A DNA stretch of 64,000 nucleotides from the human T2T-CHM13v2.0 reference genome, Homo sapiens. Under the pieces are notes generated by a model. That model saw nothing but the letters and a program-made list of their open reading frames with translations. It did no database searches and was not told where the DNA came from. How positions within the stretch are numbered: the first letter of the stretch is position 1; each line of letters begins with the position of its first letter. The stretch lies in NCBI RefSeq assembly GCF_009914755.1, contig NC_060938.1; one strand, 5' to 3'. Below are positions 1-14,720 of this stretch, in pieces. Both the position numbers and the translations under genes were made by a program.

Positions 1-166
1 TTTGGTAAGAAATGTTCTGTGTAAATGGATCACTGGAAAAATATATTTTGTTGAATTTAACTCTAACTCTATATTTCTCCCTGATTTACAACTATAAAAA
101 TATAATGTTAGAACATTACTGCGTTAATAAAAAACTTGAATTTACATTTTCACAATTTGAAAATTA

Positions 167-273
167 TTTTTTAGCTTTTGAGTTCAGAGGTATGAGTGCA
201 GTTTTGTTACAAAGGTAAACTTTTGTCATGCGGGTTTGCAGTGCAGATTATTTCATCACCCAATTGTTAAGCC
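167..273 (-). mobile_element. Short 3' end fragment of an older primate LINE-1 (L1PA15/16 or L1PB grade)
   Basis: T-rich tail followed by 'gttttgttacaaaggtaaac...cagattatttcatcacccaa', the reverse complement of an L1 3'UTR terminus. Confidence 0.65.
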
Positions 274-699
274 ACTTCAAATAGCAAAGACATGAAAAAT
301 TTAATTTGCTACAATTGTTCTGTGCTCTAGGATTTAATCATTGTTTCCATAAATTACTAAATACTATAAAAAATTGAATATATGATTAGATAAATGAATT
401 TATAATCATGAGTTGTTTTCTTTGAATCGGTTAATTCCTGTGCATTCGTATAATGCTACAAAAAATTCTGGATCTGCCGTAAACTTTACAACCTTAACTA
501 ATATTAAAATAAGAAAATTCAAAAATAATCTCTGGAAAAGATAAATGACTAAAGATTTCTATGCTCTGAAGACAAATTATTTTAACACAGAATTGTTTGG
601 AGTCGGAAAGTCAAGAGCCAGGATAGAAGAAAGTAAAGTTATATTTAGACTTCCAAATCCTAAATTAAAGAAAGAAAAGAAAAACTACAAAGGTTATTT

Positions 700-1540
<841 letters not shown>

Positions 1541-2965
1541 GAATAAATCTGGAGGACTAACACTCTGAATTCAAAATGTACTACAGAGCTATGGTCATCA
1601 AAATCCTGTGGTAGTTGCATAAATACAGACATATATAGACCAATGGAGTAAAACAGAGGGTTCAGAAACCAAACCTTGCATATATGACCAAATTATTTTA
1701 CACAGGGATTTCAAGACCATGCACTGGGCGAAAGGGTAGTCTTTTTAACAAATGCTGGAAAACTGGATATCCACATGGAAAAGAATAAAGCTGGACCCTT
1801 ACCTAACACCATATACAAATGTTAACTCAAAACAGATTAAAGACCTAAGCATAAGAACTAAATCTATAAATGTCTTGGGAAAAAAAAAAAAAGCACGTGG
1901 CAAAACATTTCACAACATTGGAAACTGGACCTCATGGCAATTTGAAAACTGTATATGCCAAAAGAAACTATTAGCAGAGTAAAAAAAAAATCTACAAATT
2001 GGAAAAAATATTTGCAAATCATATATCTCATAAGGAATTAATGTCCATAACACATAGAGAACTCCTAATATTCAACAACAAAAAACAAACAAGCCATTTC
2101 AAAAGTGGACAAAGGGTGTGAATAGACATTTCTCCAAAGAAGATTTAGGAATGACCTATAAGAAGATAAATAGATGCTCAAAATCAGTAATTATTAGAGA
2201 AATGCAAATCAAAACTATAGTGAACTATCACCCACACCCTTTAGGATGGCTGCTATTAAAAAAAAAATAGAAAATTGCAACTGTTGGCGAGGATGTGGAG
2301 AAACTGGACTCTTTTTTGGTGAGAATGTAAAATAGTACAGCAATGGGAGAAAAGAGTATGGTGGTTCCTTAATAAATTAAGACTAGAATTACCATATGGT
2401 CCAGAAATTCCACTTATTGAATAACAGTAGGATCCAGTAGACTCAAAAGCAAGATCTCAAAGAGGTATTTGTACATCCATGTCCCTAGCACCATTATTCA
2501 TGATAGCTAAAGCATGGGAGCCAACCACATGTCCAGCAACAGATGAATGAATAAGCAAAGCGTGGTATAAACATACAATGGAATATTATTCAGTCTTTAA
2601 AAGGAAGAACATTTTAACATATGCTAAAACATAGATGAACCTTGAGAACATTATACTAAGTGAAGCAAGCCAGTCACAAAGAAACATATACTGTATGTTT
2701 TCACTTACATGAGGTACTTAGAGTTGTCAAAATCAGAAACAGATTGAAGAGTAGTGATTGACAGGGGCTGGGGGAAAGAGAAAAGAGGGAGTTATTGTTC
2801 AATATGTACAGTTTCAGTTTTATAAGATGAAAGAGTTACAGAAATAAATGGTGGTGATGGTTGCGCATTACGAATATATTTAATACTACTAAACTATGAA
2901 CTAAAATTGAATAAGATGGCCAATTTTTTATATGTGCATTTTACTTCAATTTAAAAATGAAAAGA
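1541..2965 (+). mobile_element. L1MB-type LINE-1, 3' part of ORF2 plus 3'UTR
   Basis: ORF 1752-1982 reads ENWISTWKRIKLDPYLTPYT (ORF2 homology); L1MB-style terminus 'atggtggtgatggttgc...tttttatatgtgcattttacttcaatttaaaaa'. Confidence 0.85.
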
Positions 2966-3234
2966 AATGAGAACTGATTCAGAACTTAGAACCATGACAG
3001 TTGACTCCTGTTACACTGCTCTCTTTAATTTATTGTGATGCCATCTCGTTTATAACCATTAAAAAAAATAAAACTAGAAAAAGAAGAAAAAATATTTCAT
3101 GAGTAGATTAAAAGGATAGAAAATTATATACTGTAATACTACCAATAAGAAATCTTATTTGGGTCAATTCACCAAAAAATATATTAACATTTCTTCATAT
3201 ATAACAAAATGTAAAGTAATAAGAACATTTATAT

Positions 3235-4150
3235 GTTTGTTATTACACACATATTTATCTGCCTCCAGTTCCCCAGACACAATTCACAACTCCTAAGGCC
3301 TTTGTAGGTAAGATTGCTAGGATAATGTTTTGTTCTAACGTTTGGTCTTTTACCCTCATTCCTGACAAAGAATAACTAAAACCTTTGTAATTTCCTGAGG
3401 TATAGGAGTGTCTGACAAAGAGCTCATAAATGCCTTGAAATTTCCTGGGTGATAGTAACATCTTTTATTCTAATGAGACAACTCTTGGTGGGCTCCAGAA
3501 TGGGAGCTGGTTGCCAGAGGAACCAACCACATGATTAGAGAGCTGGAACTTTCAGGCCCACCTCCCCAACCTCTGGGGAGAGAAGAGGAGCTACATGTAG
3601 ATCAAGCTGATCACCAATGCCAATGATGTAATCAATTATGTCTATATATTATGTCTATATATTATATAGTCTCCATCAAAGCACAGAAAGACAGGGTTCA
3701 GAGAGCTTGTAGATTACTGAACACATGGAAGTCCCTGGACGATGGAAAGACCAGAGAAGACATGAAAGTTCCTCTCCCCTTCCCTGCACTTTGTCCTATA
3801 TATTACTTCATCCGGATGTTTATTTGTGTTATTTATCAGATCCTTTATTAATATAATAAACCAGTAAATGAAAGTGTTTCCCTGAATTCTGTGAGGTATC
3901 CTAGCAAATTAATCTAATGTGAGAGGGTCATGGGAACCTCAACTTAATAGCCATAAGTCAGAAGATTAAAACCTATTACTTGCAGCTGGCATCTGAAGTG
4001 ATGACTGTCCTGTGAGATTGTCCTTTACCCTGTGGAAACTGATGCTATCTCCAGGTAGACGGTGTCAGAATTGAATTGAATTGAATTGAACTGAATTAAT
4101 AGGTATATGGTGGAAACCCCCTCCACAGTATCAGAAGTGAGTGGTCAGTG
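3235..4150 (+). mobile_element. MER21-family LTR
   Basis: 'ggttgccagaggaaccaaccacatgattagagagctggaactttcagg', 'gtttccctgaattctgtgagg' and (GAATT)n near the end match remembered MER21 consensus. Confidence 0.75.
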
Positions 4151-4195
4151 ATATTAAGCTTTTTCATATGTATGGATGCATAGAAAAAAACCTGC

Positions 4196-4266
4196 ATATA
4201 AATATATATATATACACACACACCATATATCCATAATATCCATATATATATATATATATATACATA
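4196..4266. repeat. Compound (TA)n/(CA)n microsatellite
   Basis: Direct reading. Confidence 0.85.
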
Positions 4267-4280
4267 TGGATAGGTACTAT

Positions 4281-5631
4281 TGTGTCCTGAATTGGTTGGT
4301 TCTTGGTCTCACTGACTTCAAGAATGAAGCCGCAGACCCTCGTGGTGAGTGTTAGAGTTCTTAAAGATGGTGTGTCTAGAGTTTTTCCCTTCTGATGTTC
4401 GGATATGTTTGAAGTTTCTTCCTTCTGATGGGTTCGTGGTCTCGCTGGCCTCAGGAGTGACGCTGCAGACCTTCGCGGTGATTGTTACAGCTCATAAAAG
4501 CAGTGTGGACTCAAAGAGTGAGCAGTAATAAGATTTATTGCAAAGAGCAAAATAACAAAGTTTCCACAGCATGGAAGGGGATGGAAGCAGGTTGCAGCTG
4601 CTGGCTCTGGCAGCCTGCTTTTATTCCCTTATCTGACTCCCCCACCCCCTTCCCCCCCACATCCTGCTGCTTGGTGCATTTTACAGAGAGCTGATTGGTC
4701 CATTTTACAGAGCGCTGATTGGTCTGTTTTGACAGGGTGTTGATTGGTGCGTTTACAATCCCTGAGCTAGGCACAGAGTGCTGATTGGTGTGTTTACAAA
4801 CCTTGAGCTAGACACGGAGTGCTGATTGGTGCATTTACAATCCTTTAGCTAGACCATAAAAGTTCTCCAAGTCCCCACCAGATTAGCTAGATACAGAGGG
4901 CTGATTGGTGCATCCACAAACCCTGAGCTAGACACAGAGTGCTGATTGGTGCATATACAATCCTCCAGCTAGACATAAAAGTTCTCCAAGTCCCCACCAG
5001 ACTCAGGAGCCCAGCTGGCTTTGCCTAGTGGATCCCGCGGTAGGGCTGCGGGTGGAGCTGCCCGCCAGTCCCGCAAGTGCCTGCACTCCTCAGCCCTTGG
5101 ACCGTTGATGGGACCCGGCGCCAAGGAACAGGGGGCGGCGCCCGTCAGGGAGGCTCGGGCCCCACGGGAGCCCACTGCGTAGGGGCTCCGGCATAGAGGG
5201 CTGCAGGTCCCGAGCCTGTCCCGCGGGGAGGCGGCTGAGGCCCAGCGAGAATTTGAGGGCGGCGCGGGCGAGCCGGCAGTGCTGGGGGACCCGGCGCACC
5301 CTCCGCAGCTGCTGGCCCGGGTGCTAAGCCCCTCACTGCCCGGGCCGGCGGCTCCGGCCGGCCGCTCTGAGTGTGGGGCCCGCCCAGCCCGCGCCCATCC
5401 GGAACTCGCGCTGGCCGGGAGCGCTGCGCACAGCCCCGGTTCCCGGTGATGCCTCTCCCTCTACGCCTCCTCACAAGCAGAGGGAGCCGGCTTCGGCCTC
5501 AGTCAGCCCAGAGATGGGCCCCCACAGCTCAGTGGCGGGCTGAAAGGCTCTTCAGGCATCGCCAGAGTGGACGCCGAGGCCCAGGAGGCGCGGAAAGCGA
5601 GCAAGGGCTGCTAGCACGTTGTCACCTCTCA
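4281..5631 (-). mobile_element. Solo LTR12C (HERV9/ERV9 LTR), 1351 bp
   Basis: Begins 'tgtgtcctgaattgg' and ends 'tgtcacctctca' (reverse complement of LTR12C termini); perfect 4-bp TSD CTAT at 4277-4280 and 5632-5635. Confidence 0.95.
4690..4952 (-). promoter_or_regulatory. Tandem CCAAT-box (NF-Y site) array in the LTR12C U3 region
   Basis: Seven copies of 'tgattggt' (CCAAT on the minus strand) in the tandem repeats; NF-Y binding to ERV9 LTR repeats is established. Confidence 0.75.
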
Positions 5632-5679
5632 CTATCTGAGGTAAGAAACTCTTTAGAAAATTAAAATAATACCCACAGG

Positions 5680-6625
5680 TTATGTCACAGTGTTTGCAGA
5701 TCAAGTACCTAATTAAGGATTTCTATCCAGAATATATAAAGACTCTCCATACTAAATAATAAAATATATGCAACTCTGTTTAAAAAGGGGAGATACTTGA
5801 ACAGACAGTGAAAAAGATACAAGAGTAACAAAGAAACACATGAAAAGATGTCCTCCATCTTTAGTTATCACGAAAATGCAAAGTTAATCTTCAAAGACAC
5901 ATCTACACTCCAATTAAAATAGCAGAGAGAGCGAGAGAGAGAGAGAGGAAGCCAGCCTGACAAATTCAAGTGATCATGAAGTTGTAAAGAAACTGGTGCT
6001 CTATTACATTAAGGGTGAGAATGCAAAATGATAGTTACTTTGGAAAAAAATTTGACAATTTCTGATTAAGGTAAATACACTATTACCATAATATCCAGCA
6101 ATTCTACCCCAAGGTACTTTCCCAAGTGGAATAAAAACATTTAAGAACCTTTCGAAGAATGTAATAGTGGCTTTATTCACATTATCAATAACTAGAACAA
6201 TACAAGTGTCCCTCAGATGTGTATGGATAAGCCAATGGTGGCACATTCATACAATAGAATACTACTAGGCAATGAAAGTGAGCGAATAACTGATAGATGC
6301 CACAATATAAATACTTCTCAAATGCGTTTTGCTAAGTGAAAGTAGCCAGACCCCCAAAGCTAAATATTGTATAATTTAATTTATATTATATTCTGGAAAA
6401 GCCAAAGCGATTGGGACACAAAACCGATTTGTGGTTGCCAGGAGTTAAAGTTGGGTAGAATGTTGTCCACAAAGGGAGATGCAGGACTTTCTGATGTTGT
6501 GGAATTGTTTTATAACTTCAGTTTGGTGGTATTGTTACATGAACATACATATTTCTCAAAACTGGCAGATTATAGATTTAAAAGACCGCACTTTATATAG
6601 TATGTAACATATACTTTAATGTTAA
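5680..6625 (+). mobile_element. Old L1M (L1MD/L1ME grade) 3' portion
   Basis: Degenerate ORF2-end and 3'UTR motifs such as 'atccagcaattctacccc' and 'cattcatacaatagaatactac'. Confidence 0.75.
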
Positions 6626-6942
6626 AAATGTTTTAATGATAATGTGATTATGAAGTAATGAATCTAATTGGTTTCCATTGGGGAAAAAAATGTGTCAAAA
6701 GGACAGCTAGCCCCAAAAGTAAGCAGTTAATATTGAAACAAAAAACAAAACTTTGAGACTAAGATCTTTAAGAAGAAAGGACAATCCGTATAGCAATTTG
6801 TATGTTTTAAAAGTCTGCTTGGTCTGATTAGAAGAAGGCATCTGTGTCTTTGATAATAGAAAAAATAATAAATTGGAAATTTCAAGAAAAAACAAATTAT
6901 TTACAAACAAGGTGTTGCCTATTAAAAAGCAGACTGAACCTT

Positions 6943-7206
<264 letters not shown>

Positions 7207-7857
7207 TTATTTCATTATTTTAGCAGCTTATGAATAGGCACTTACCCATTCTTCATAGTACTCGAAAAACATTTTTGAGTTGCCTAGATGGGTGCCACAA
7301 TATTACAGAAGTTTAATTATATGAGTTAATGAATGTTCAGAAAATCACAACTAAGTGATTTTGCAATATACAGCTAGTCATTCACCCAATAATCTTATGA
7401 TTTTTTTAAAAACGAAAACCTTATTTTACTTGCATTTGTAAGATGGATAGATACAAATTTGTCTGTTCATACTACGTGGCATCGCCGTTAAGCCATATGA
7501 CTGAATTTAATCTGTATCGTGAAAAACCAATGGTATTGATAATAGACCAATCATCTTATGGATGTAATCTGAATTTTTGTGATAGGAGATATTTCAAAGG
7601 GAGGTATGTTCCACATTTTTAAGACTGAGATGCTAATGTGAAATAAATTTCTTATATGAAAAGGTATGATTTTTAGCTTATCATTTATGCTGATATACAA
7701 TAGAGAACTAAAGACACTAATTTTTCAAAATAAAAAATTGGCCTAGTGAGGAGGAAAGACAGAATTTTGTAATACACATAGTCTGTATTGAATGCAATTC
7801 TAAATTTATTTTACTATGTAAATGTATTTACTTTTATTAAAATGAAATATAAAACAA

Positions 7858-8247
7858 TCTATTAGCTTGCTTTGGCTTCCGCAACAAAGTATCACAGATT
7901 GGATGGCTTAACAACAAAAATTTATTTTCTCATCGTCTAGAGCCTTGAAGTCTGAGACCAAGTTGTCCACATAGTTGATTTCATTCTGAGGCCTCTGCCT
8001 TTAGCTTATAGATGCCTTCTCCTTTTGTCTTCACATGGGTTTTCCTCTGTATTTGTTTGTGTACTGATCTGTTCTTATGAAGACATCAGCCACATTGAAT
8101 TACGGCCTTCTCATATGACTTCATTTTACCGTAATCACCTCTTTAATATGTTATCTCCAAATACAGGTATATTCTGAGGTACTGGGAGAAGGGGTGGTTA
8201 GAATTTAGATATATAAATTTGAGAGAGACAAAGTTGAACCCATAACA
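7858..8247 (-). mobile_element. MLT1B-like MaLR LTR
   Basis: Matches the reverse complement of MLT1B: 'tattagcttgc...ttctgaggcctct...attctgaggtactggg...cccataaca'. Confidence 0.85.
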
Positions 8248-8257
8248 CACAGGCATA

Positions 8258-8613
8258 CAGTCATGCACCACAGAACAATTTTCAATTCAACAAAAGATCA
8301 CGTGTAAAATGGTGGTTTTGTACGTCTATAACACTGTATTTTTACCATACCTATTCTGTGTTTAGATATGTTTAAATACATAAATACTTACCATTGTGTT
8401 ATAATTGCCTACAATTGTACTGTATTCAGTACAGTAACGTGCTGTATAGGTCCAGAGCCTAGGAGCAATAGGGTATACCGTATAGCCTAGGACTGTCGTA
8501 GACTATACCATCTAGTTTTGTGTGAATACACTCTATGATGCTAGCACAATGATGAAATTGCTTAATGATGGATTACTCAGAACATATCCCCATTGTTAAA
8601 TGATGCATAACTG
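8258..8613 (+). mobile_element. Tigger3a/MER7A-like DNA transposon MITE
   Basis: Degenerate TIRs 'cagtcatgca...' and '...tgcataactg', preceded by TA; internal 'agcctaggagcaatagg' motif. Confidence 0.85.
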
Positions 8614-9170
8614 CAATAGATATTCTAAACAATATAATTCTAGTACTTATTAATAAGATTGTGTTCTATTCTACCAGGACACAACATATTTTCTGAAATT
8701 TTGTGATTGCATTGTCATTAACTATTGATCAATTAAGATATATCTCCACATCAAATTTTATTTTATATATTCCTGTAATTTCCAAGTAATATTTAAAACA
8801 TATTATAATTGTAAATACATAGTAAATGAAAAGATCATGTTATTTTAGCCAGGATTAACACCTATCTAAAAATTTTAATTACATCCTATAAGAACATTCA
8901 ATCTCCACATGGAATGTGTGCTTCTCAGTAAGAATTCTAAAAAGAAGGAGAAAATTGGCCTAGGTGTACAAAATATCTTATTTTTTAATGTAGGACTTCT
9001 AAAAAAACATTAGAACACACATCTCTTCTGAATCAAACAGTCAAGGTAGAGTCTCATAAAAAATTGGAAAGAAATGCAAACAGCAAAATATAATGAAAAT
9101 AACATGGCTTCATGCATCTACACACAAACATAGAAAATGAAAAAAAAATGTTTCTTGTGTTGGGGGTGTC

Positions 9171-9709
9171 AAAGCAAAACATTGCACCAGGCTCGGTTAA
9201 ACAGACAAGGAAGACTAAGCTGAGAGCAGCCAGTGCTCAGTCTGAGTTCAACTCCCATGAAATGTGTGGAGTGTGGGGAAGGTGTTAAGGTTTTTAAGAT
9301 CTGGGACAAGAAAGATATCTTAGGCCATCCCTATTTGCTAATCAACTTTATTCAAAGGAAACACTACATTTTCTCCTATCTGCAGGACAGGAGATAGTTC
9401 TATTATTTGGAATAAGGCTCCGGCTGAAGTTCGGCTTTACCCTCCCGCAGAAACTGGGATACAGGGGGGTTATCTTTCCTAATGATTACATTTCAAAGGC
9501 ATGGTCCCCTGTTCTTGAAAAAGACAGTCTTGGGTAGTAAAGCTGACAAAAAGCTTTTGAAAAGATTTACATCTCAAAAAGTCATAAAAGGAATTTTTAA
9601 TTAGAAAAAAATTTAAACAATACACTAAGGAGGTCAGGGGCCTAAAACAAGGAAGAAGCCTGTCTAAAATTTAGTGAAGCACAGGGCAACTTTAAGGCTC
9701 TCTTGGTCA
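9171..9709 (-). mobile_element. MER67/MER31-like ERV1 LTR
   Basis: 'gattacatttcaaagg', 'agatttacatctcaaaa', 'ggaggtcagggg', 'cctgtctaaaatttagt'; a homologous copy lies at 56202-56739. Confidence 0.7.
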
Positions 9710-10211
9710 GGTCTCTAATAAAATTGTTTAACAACTGCCTTTAATAGGGTACTTTCATAAATTGGATTCTGTCAGTCATTTGTAGAGTGCTTCTGAGAGA
9801 TAGGGAATTTAAACCCTGACACTTCCTGCATGCCTTGCCTTTGGGCAAAGCAGGCTCTCTCAGCCATAGAAGGCTAAAAGGCAAAGAGATACTGATGGTG
9901 GGAGTTTGAAGTCAAAGAAACATAGTCCCAAATACGGTATGGGTGAAGCACCAGTAGAATCTGCCAGGGGTGCCATCGAATCCAGCCCTATTCCGGGCTT
10001 TAAAAGTACTAAAAAATTTATAGAGGCTTACGTAGATATTTAAGAATATTAAAGAATATATGTTCAGATATGCTTAAGAAATTAGTTTTGTCATATCTCC
10101 CAAGTCATCAGGAAAATTGTTCTATGGCAGTAACAAATCATGATTTCATGTTTCATTAAAATGCATTTTAAGGTCGCTAATACGGATGTTTATTTAAAAA
10201 TATTAAAATGT

Positions 10212-11110
10212 AAGGCTAATATCCAGAATCTACAAAGAACTCAAACAAATTTACAAGAAAAAAACAAACAACCCCATCAAAAAGTGGGTGAAGGATATGA
10301 ACAGACACTTCTCAAAAGAAGACATTTATGCAGCCAAAAGACAAATGAAAAATTGCTCATCATCACTGGCCATCAGAGAAATGCAAATCAAAACCACAGT
10401 GAGATACCATCTCACACCAGTTAGAATGGCGATCATTAAAAAGTCAGGAAACAACAGGTGCTGGAGAGGATGTAGAGAAATAGGAACACTTTTACACTGT
10501 TGGTGGGACTGTAAACTAGTTCAACCATTGTGGAAGACAGTGTGGCGATTCCTCAAGGATCTAGAACTAGAAATACCATTTGACCCAGCCATCCCATTAC
10601 TGGGTATATACCCAAAAGATTATAAATCATGCTGCTATAAAGACACATGCACACATATGTTTATTGCAGCACTATTCACAATAGCAAAGACTTGGAACCA
10701 ACCCAAATGTCCATCAATTACAGACTGGATTAAGAAAATGTGGCACATATACAACATAGAATACTATGCAGCCATAAAAAAGAATGAGTTCATGTCCTTT
10801 GTAGGGACATGGATGAAGCTGGAAACCATCATTCTCAGCAAACTATCGCAGAGACAAAAATCAAACACTGCTTAGTCTCACTCATAGGTGGCAAATGAAC
10901 AGTGAGAACACTTGGACACAGGAAAGGGAACATCGCACTCCAGGGCCTGTCGTGGGGTGGGGGGAACGGGGAGGGATAGCATTAGGAGATATACCTAATG
11001 TAAATGACAAGTTAATGGGTGCAGCACACCAACATGGCACATGTATACATATGTAACAAACCTGCAGGTTGTGCACATGTACCCTAGAACTTTAAGTATA
11101 AAAAAAAAAG
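10212..11110 (+). mobile_element. 5'-truncated L1PA (about L1PA4-6 grade), ~0.9 kb
   Basis: ORF 10288-10875 is the ORF2 C-terminus including the CWRGC...HCWWDC cysteine-rich motif; 3'UTR G-tract and poly(A) present. Confidence 0.95.
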
Positions 11111-12769
11111 ATAGAAAAGAAAAATAGATGAACATCAAATATGAATACAAAAAATTGTATCTTAACATCAATAAATAGCTGATTTTAGTGTGTCATGTTA
11201 AACCAATAGTATACATACGCCTTATATCAGTGATTTACATATTGAATACATTTACATAACAAGTCCTGGTTAGAAATTTCTGTATCTTGAAATGTCATAG
11301 GATCTCAAGTGCAGTTTAGTGCTCTCTTTAAAAAATTTCTTAACTTTATTTTCTCACTATAACATTGTCATACAGGAATAAACTACAGAGTAAATGAATC
11401 AGTAGAACTTGATGTTCTGGTCACATAGACACTAAAAAAAGGTAAATCTTATTCATATTCATTTGAATAAAATAGTCATTAATCTTCACCTCATGGGTGT
11501 TTTAGGAAACTTTTCAAACCTTTAGTGCCCTACTATTAACTAATAGGCTTTGATTTGATAGCTGTTTAGATGGCAAGTTATTGGATTAAATGATGCCCTA
11601 AAGCTACCCCTTGGCAAAATTAAAATTTAGCGTTTCTGCTGGTAAATTATGCTGGCTTTATTTAATTTGAGATTTCAATGTGTCTTTCAAAAAGGAAAAT
11701 AAAAAAAAACTTTGACATCTATTAGGCTTTAGTAGATTATTAATTGTAGTATTGAAACTGATTTTTTTCATATTATTGATAGTGAATTCTAGTGATTAGA
11801 AGAGGAGAAAACAGATTCAGAGGTAAAGTTTAATTCAAAAAAGCACTGGAAATTTTAAGAGTACATCATTCTGACAATAGCATAGGAAGAAGGGCAGGTT
11901 TTCCATAATATAATGCCCTTATCCATGTTAAAGGGATGGCTAAAGCTTTATTCTATTGTTTTTTAAAGGATTTAAGATAGACTAATAATGAAAAGACTTC
12001 AGATACTAAAAGCACACAAGCACATTTTCTCCGGTTTGGACAAATTTTGTGAATAACATAAGTTCAGAAGTTTTATGGTACTCTAAAGAAATATAAATTC
12101 ACTTTCTTAGTAATACAATTCTGAATAGAGAGTATTTTAAATACATTATATTTCTTGTCTCTTAAGCACAAAGGAAATTTTGGAAATAAACACTGCTGAA
12201 CGAGTTTAGATAGAAAAATTTAAAAAGAACGAAATTATATCTATGTGTATATTTGCTTATATTATTAAAAACAAGTAGACACAAGATATGGGAAGAAATG
12301 GTAAATTTACGGTCATTAGAGATGTAACAAAAGAGTTTTGAATTATAGTAACATTTAAATATGTAATATTTACATTTCTCAATGACACATGCTAAAGGCA
12401 GTATTCTTTTCCTATTACAAGAAGTAGGGGAATTGTATTTATTATCATAAAAATAAATATTTTGCTCTTTTTGTATTAAAAATTTAGTACCATTTTAACA
12501 CATGATATATCAACTTATATTTAATGGAATATTTCACAAAGAGAAACAATTTACTACAATGCTAAAGTTTTATTTAGGTTAACAAAATAATTCACCTACA
12601 GAGAAATAAATGTAAATTAATAGAAAAAAATTGTTGAACCCTCATTACACTTAATTTCCTCTTCTAGGCCTATTGTTAAATTATGAATATGATTATAATA
12701 TTGTTAACTTATATTAAACTATATTAAATTCTACTTTAATTTGTATTTTATACATCTAAATAAATGTCT

Positions 12770-12910
12770 GTGCTATTTTGGCGACTGGGCAAATCAATGA
12801 AGCTCTCTCTTTGTTTGTTTCCTCACCTGCAGAATAGATATAATTATTATCTTCATACCCAAGAAGCCCTAAGAATAGCACCTGGCAACCTAGTAAATGC
12901 TATATAAATG
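12770..12910 (+). mobile_element. MIR fragment
   Basis: 'gggcaaatc...tttcctcacctgcagaatag...agaatagcacctggca...agtaaatgct' MIR core. Confidence 0.6.
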
Positions 12911-14519
12911 CCTATGGAATAAAATAAATAAATAAAGCATAAGTACCTAGGGAAATAGCTAAATTTTCAGTAATTCCCTATTATAAAAGAGCTGAGTAGG
13001 GAGAGACAATAGTAATAATGAAAATATTCTGTGCCAGGTAGAAAAAATTATTTGGCATTCCAGAAATTTTCATGTGTGGTTTTAAAATTTTTGCCTATAT
13101 TTCCAAATAATGACTTAAAATAGATAAAGAATTTCATATCATCACACTTCATTCTTCCTTAATGCAATACTTGTCAGCAAGATGAAAAACATGGCATAAG
13201 ATAAAGAATACAAAATATCCTTCAAGGAAAGCATATATTCTGTAGGTAATAAAGGTTCTGTCAATAATTTACATAATGTCTTTGACTTTACCCAGATGGC
13301 CAATATGGGATGTGGGATGTTGGTCTAGATGATAAACAGGATAGAATTTACATGATATAGAAAGAAAATATTGTCATATCATTGTATACTTTCTTGACTA
13401 ATAACACGCCTAGTTCTTTTTTTTGTGGAGTACCCTAAGGTATATTTCTTACCACATCATAAAAAGTATGACTTTGGGCAATAAAATACAACAAATCTGT
13501 AGCTGCTGGTCAGATTGCTTTGGTTTCTTATGTGTATTGTCTTTGATAATGACTTTTTCATAACTTATAATACCATTCTTAGTGTAACATTGAAGCCACA
13601 ATGAATATTTAAGAGGAAAATGAAATGTAGAAAATACACCTCTCTAAAGACTCAAATAAACAATCAAACTTGGTTCCATAAATGTAGGAACTTTACTCTG
13701 CCTTTACAAAATTATAACAATGCATCTTTTGTATCATACGTTGAATTTATTTTCAAACTAGCACTGTTTGCTCATACCAATGGATATTTAAGTAAAGAAT
13801 GAAGTTTTAAAAGTTATATGTGTCTGAAGTAATAACTGGATTGTACCTCTCAAAGGTGTTTTATTCAATACAGGTTGTACTAGTCCCTTCTTGAAGTGCC
13901 TACTTGAATTGTAGTGAAATGATCCTTATCTGGATATGGCCCCCAGTACGTATGATGGACATGCAGTGGCTAAGTCTGCACAAATGATTTTGTTTCCCGT
14001 GACCTATGGATCAAGGGTCAAATGCGTGACTCAGGGTTGGTTAATTATATGCTGTGTCCTAGAAATTTAAAACTTGCAAAAGAGAAACAAAATATAAGAG
14101 TACTTGAATCTAAGTCTTGTTATTGAAAGTTACCTTGAGAGGAGGTCTATAAACATTATTGTAGCTCAGATCCCAGAATCTTCTCGATGTATGCATTATG
14201 GAGATTTGGCTTTCAATTATTACTTTCTTTCTGCAACTTATTCCATTTTTACTTGAAAAGTTAGGTTTTTGTACTTAGATTGGCTGTTGACAACTTAAAT
14301 AACATTAATTTACAAATTTCAGGGAAATACAGATGTCTATGAGAAAAGAATATCAATTAATGACAATGCTACATGAATATAAGTTTAGAGTTACAATGAG
14401 TGAGACACTGTAAGTTTATATAAACAATATAGAAAACTACTCACTATGAAAGATTCAAAACAGAAATATAAGTAAATCCTTAGAGAAGATGAAGTTGGAA
14501 TAGCATGGTCTGTTGTATC

Positions 14520-14720
14520 ACTCAGAGATGGCTTCCCGCTTGGACCCTGGTTCTTCCTATTTCTTCCTGTGTTGGCAAATTACTTAAGTTCTCTGTATCC
14601 TCATCATTAAAATATAGATAATAAATAAATCTCATGTCATTTTTAGAATTAAATATTCTAATGCATATAGAATACCTATTTCAATGCCTTGTCACAAAAA
14701 AAGATACTAAAAATATATGT
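14520..14720 (+). mobile_element. MIR fragment
   Basis: 'ttggcaaattacttaagttctctgtatcctcatc...aaaatatagataataata' MIR core. Confidence 0.6.

Noticed and set aside
4690-4960. Repeat-spacer-like array resembling CRISPR
   Set aside because: These are the known tandem U3 repeats of LTR12 in eukaryotic DNA, with no unique spacers or cas genes.
4969-5664. GC-rich Pro/Arg/Ala ORFs as a possible first coding exon
   Set aside because: All lie within LTR12C and are the expected stop-poor frames of GC-rich LTR sequence.
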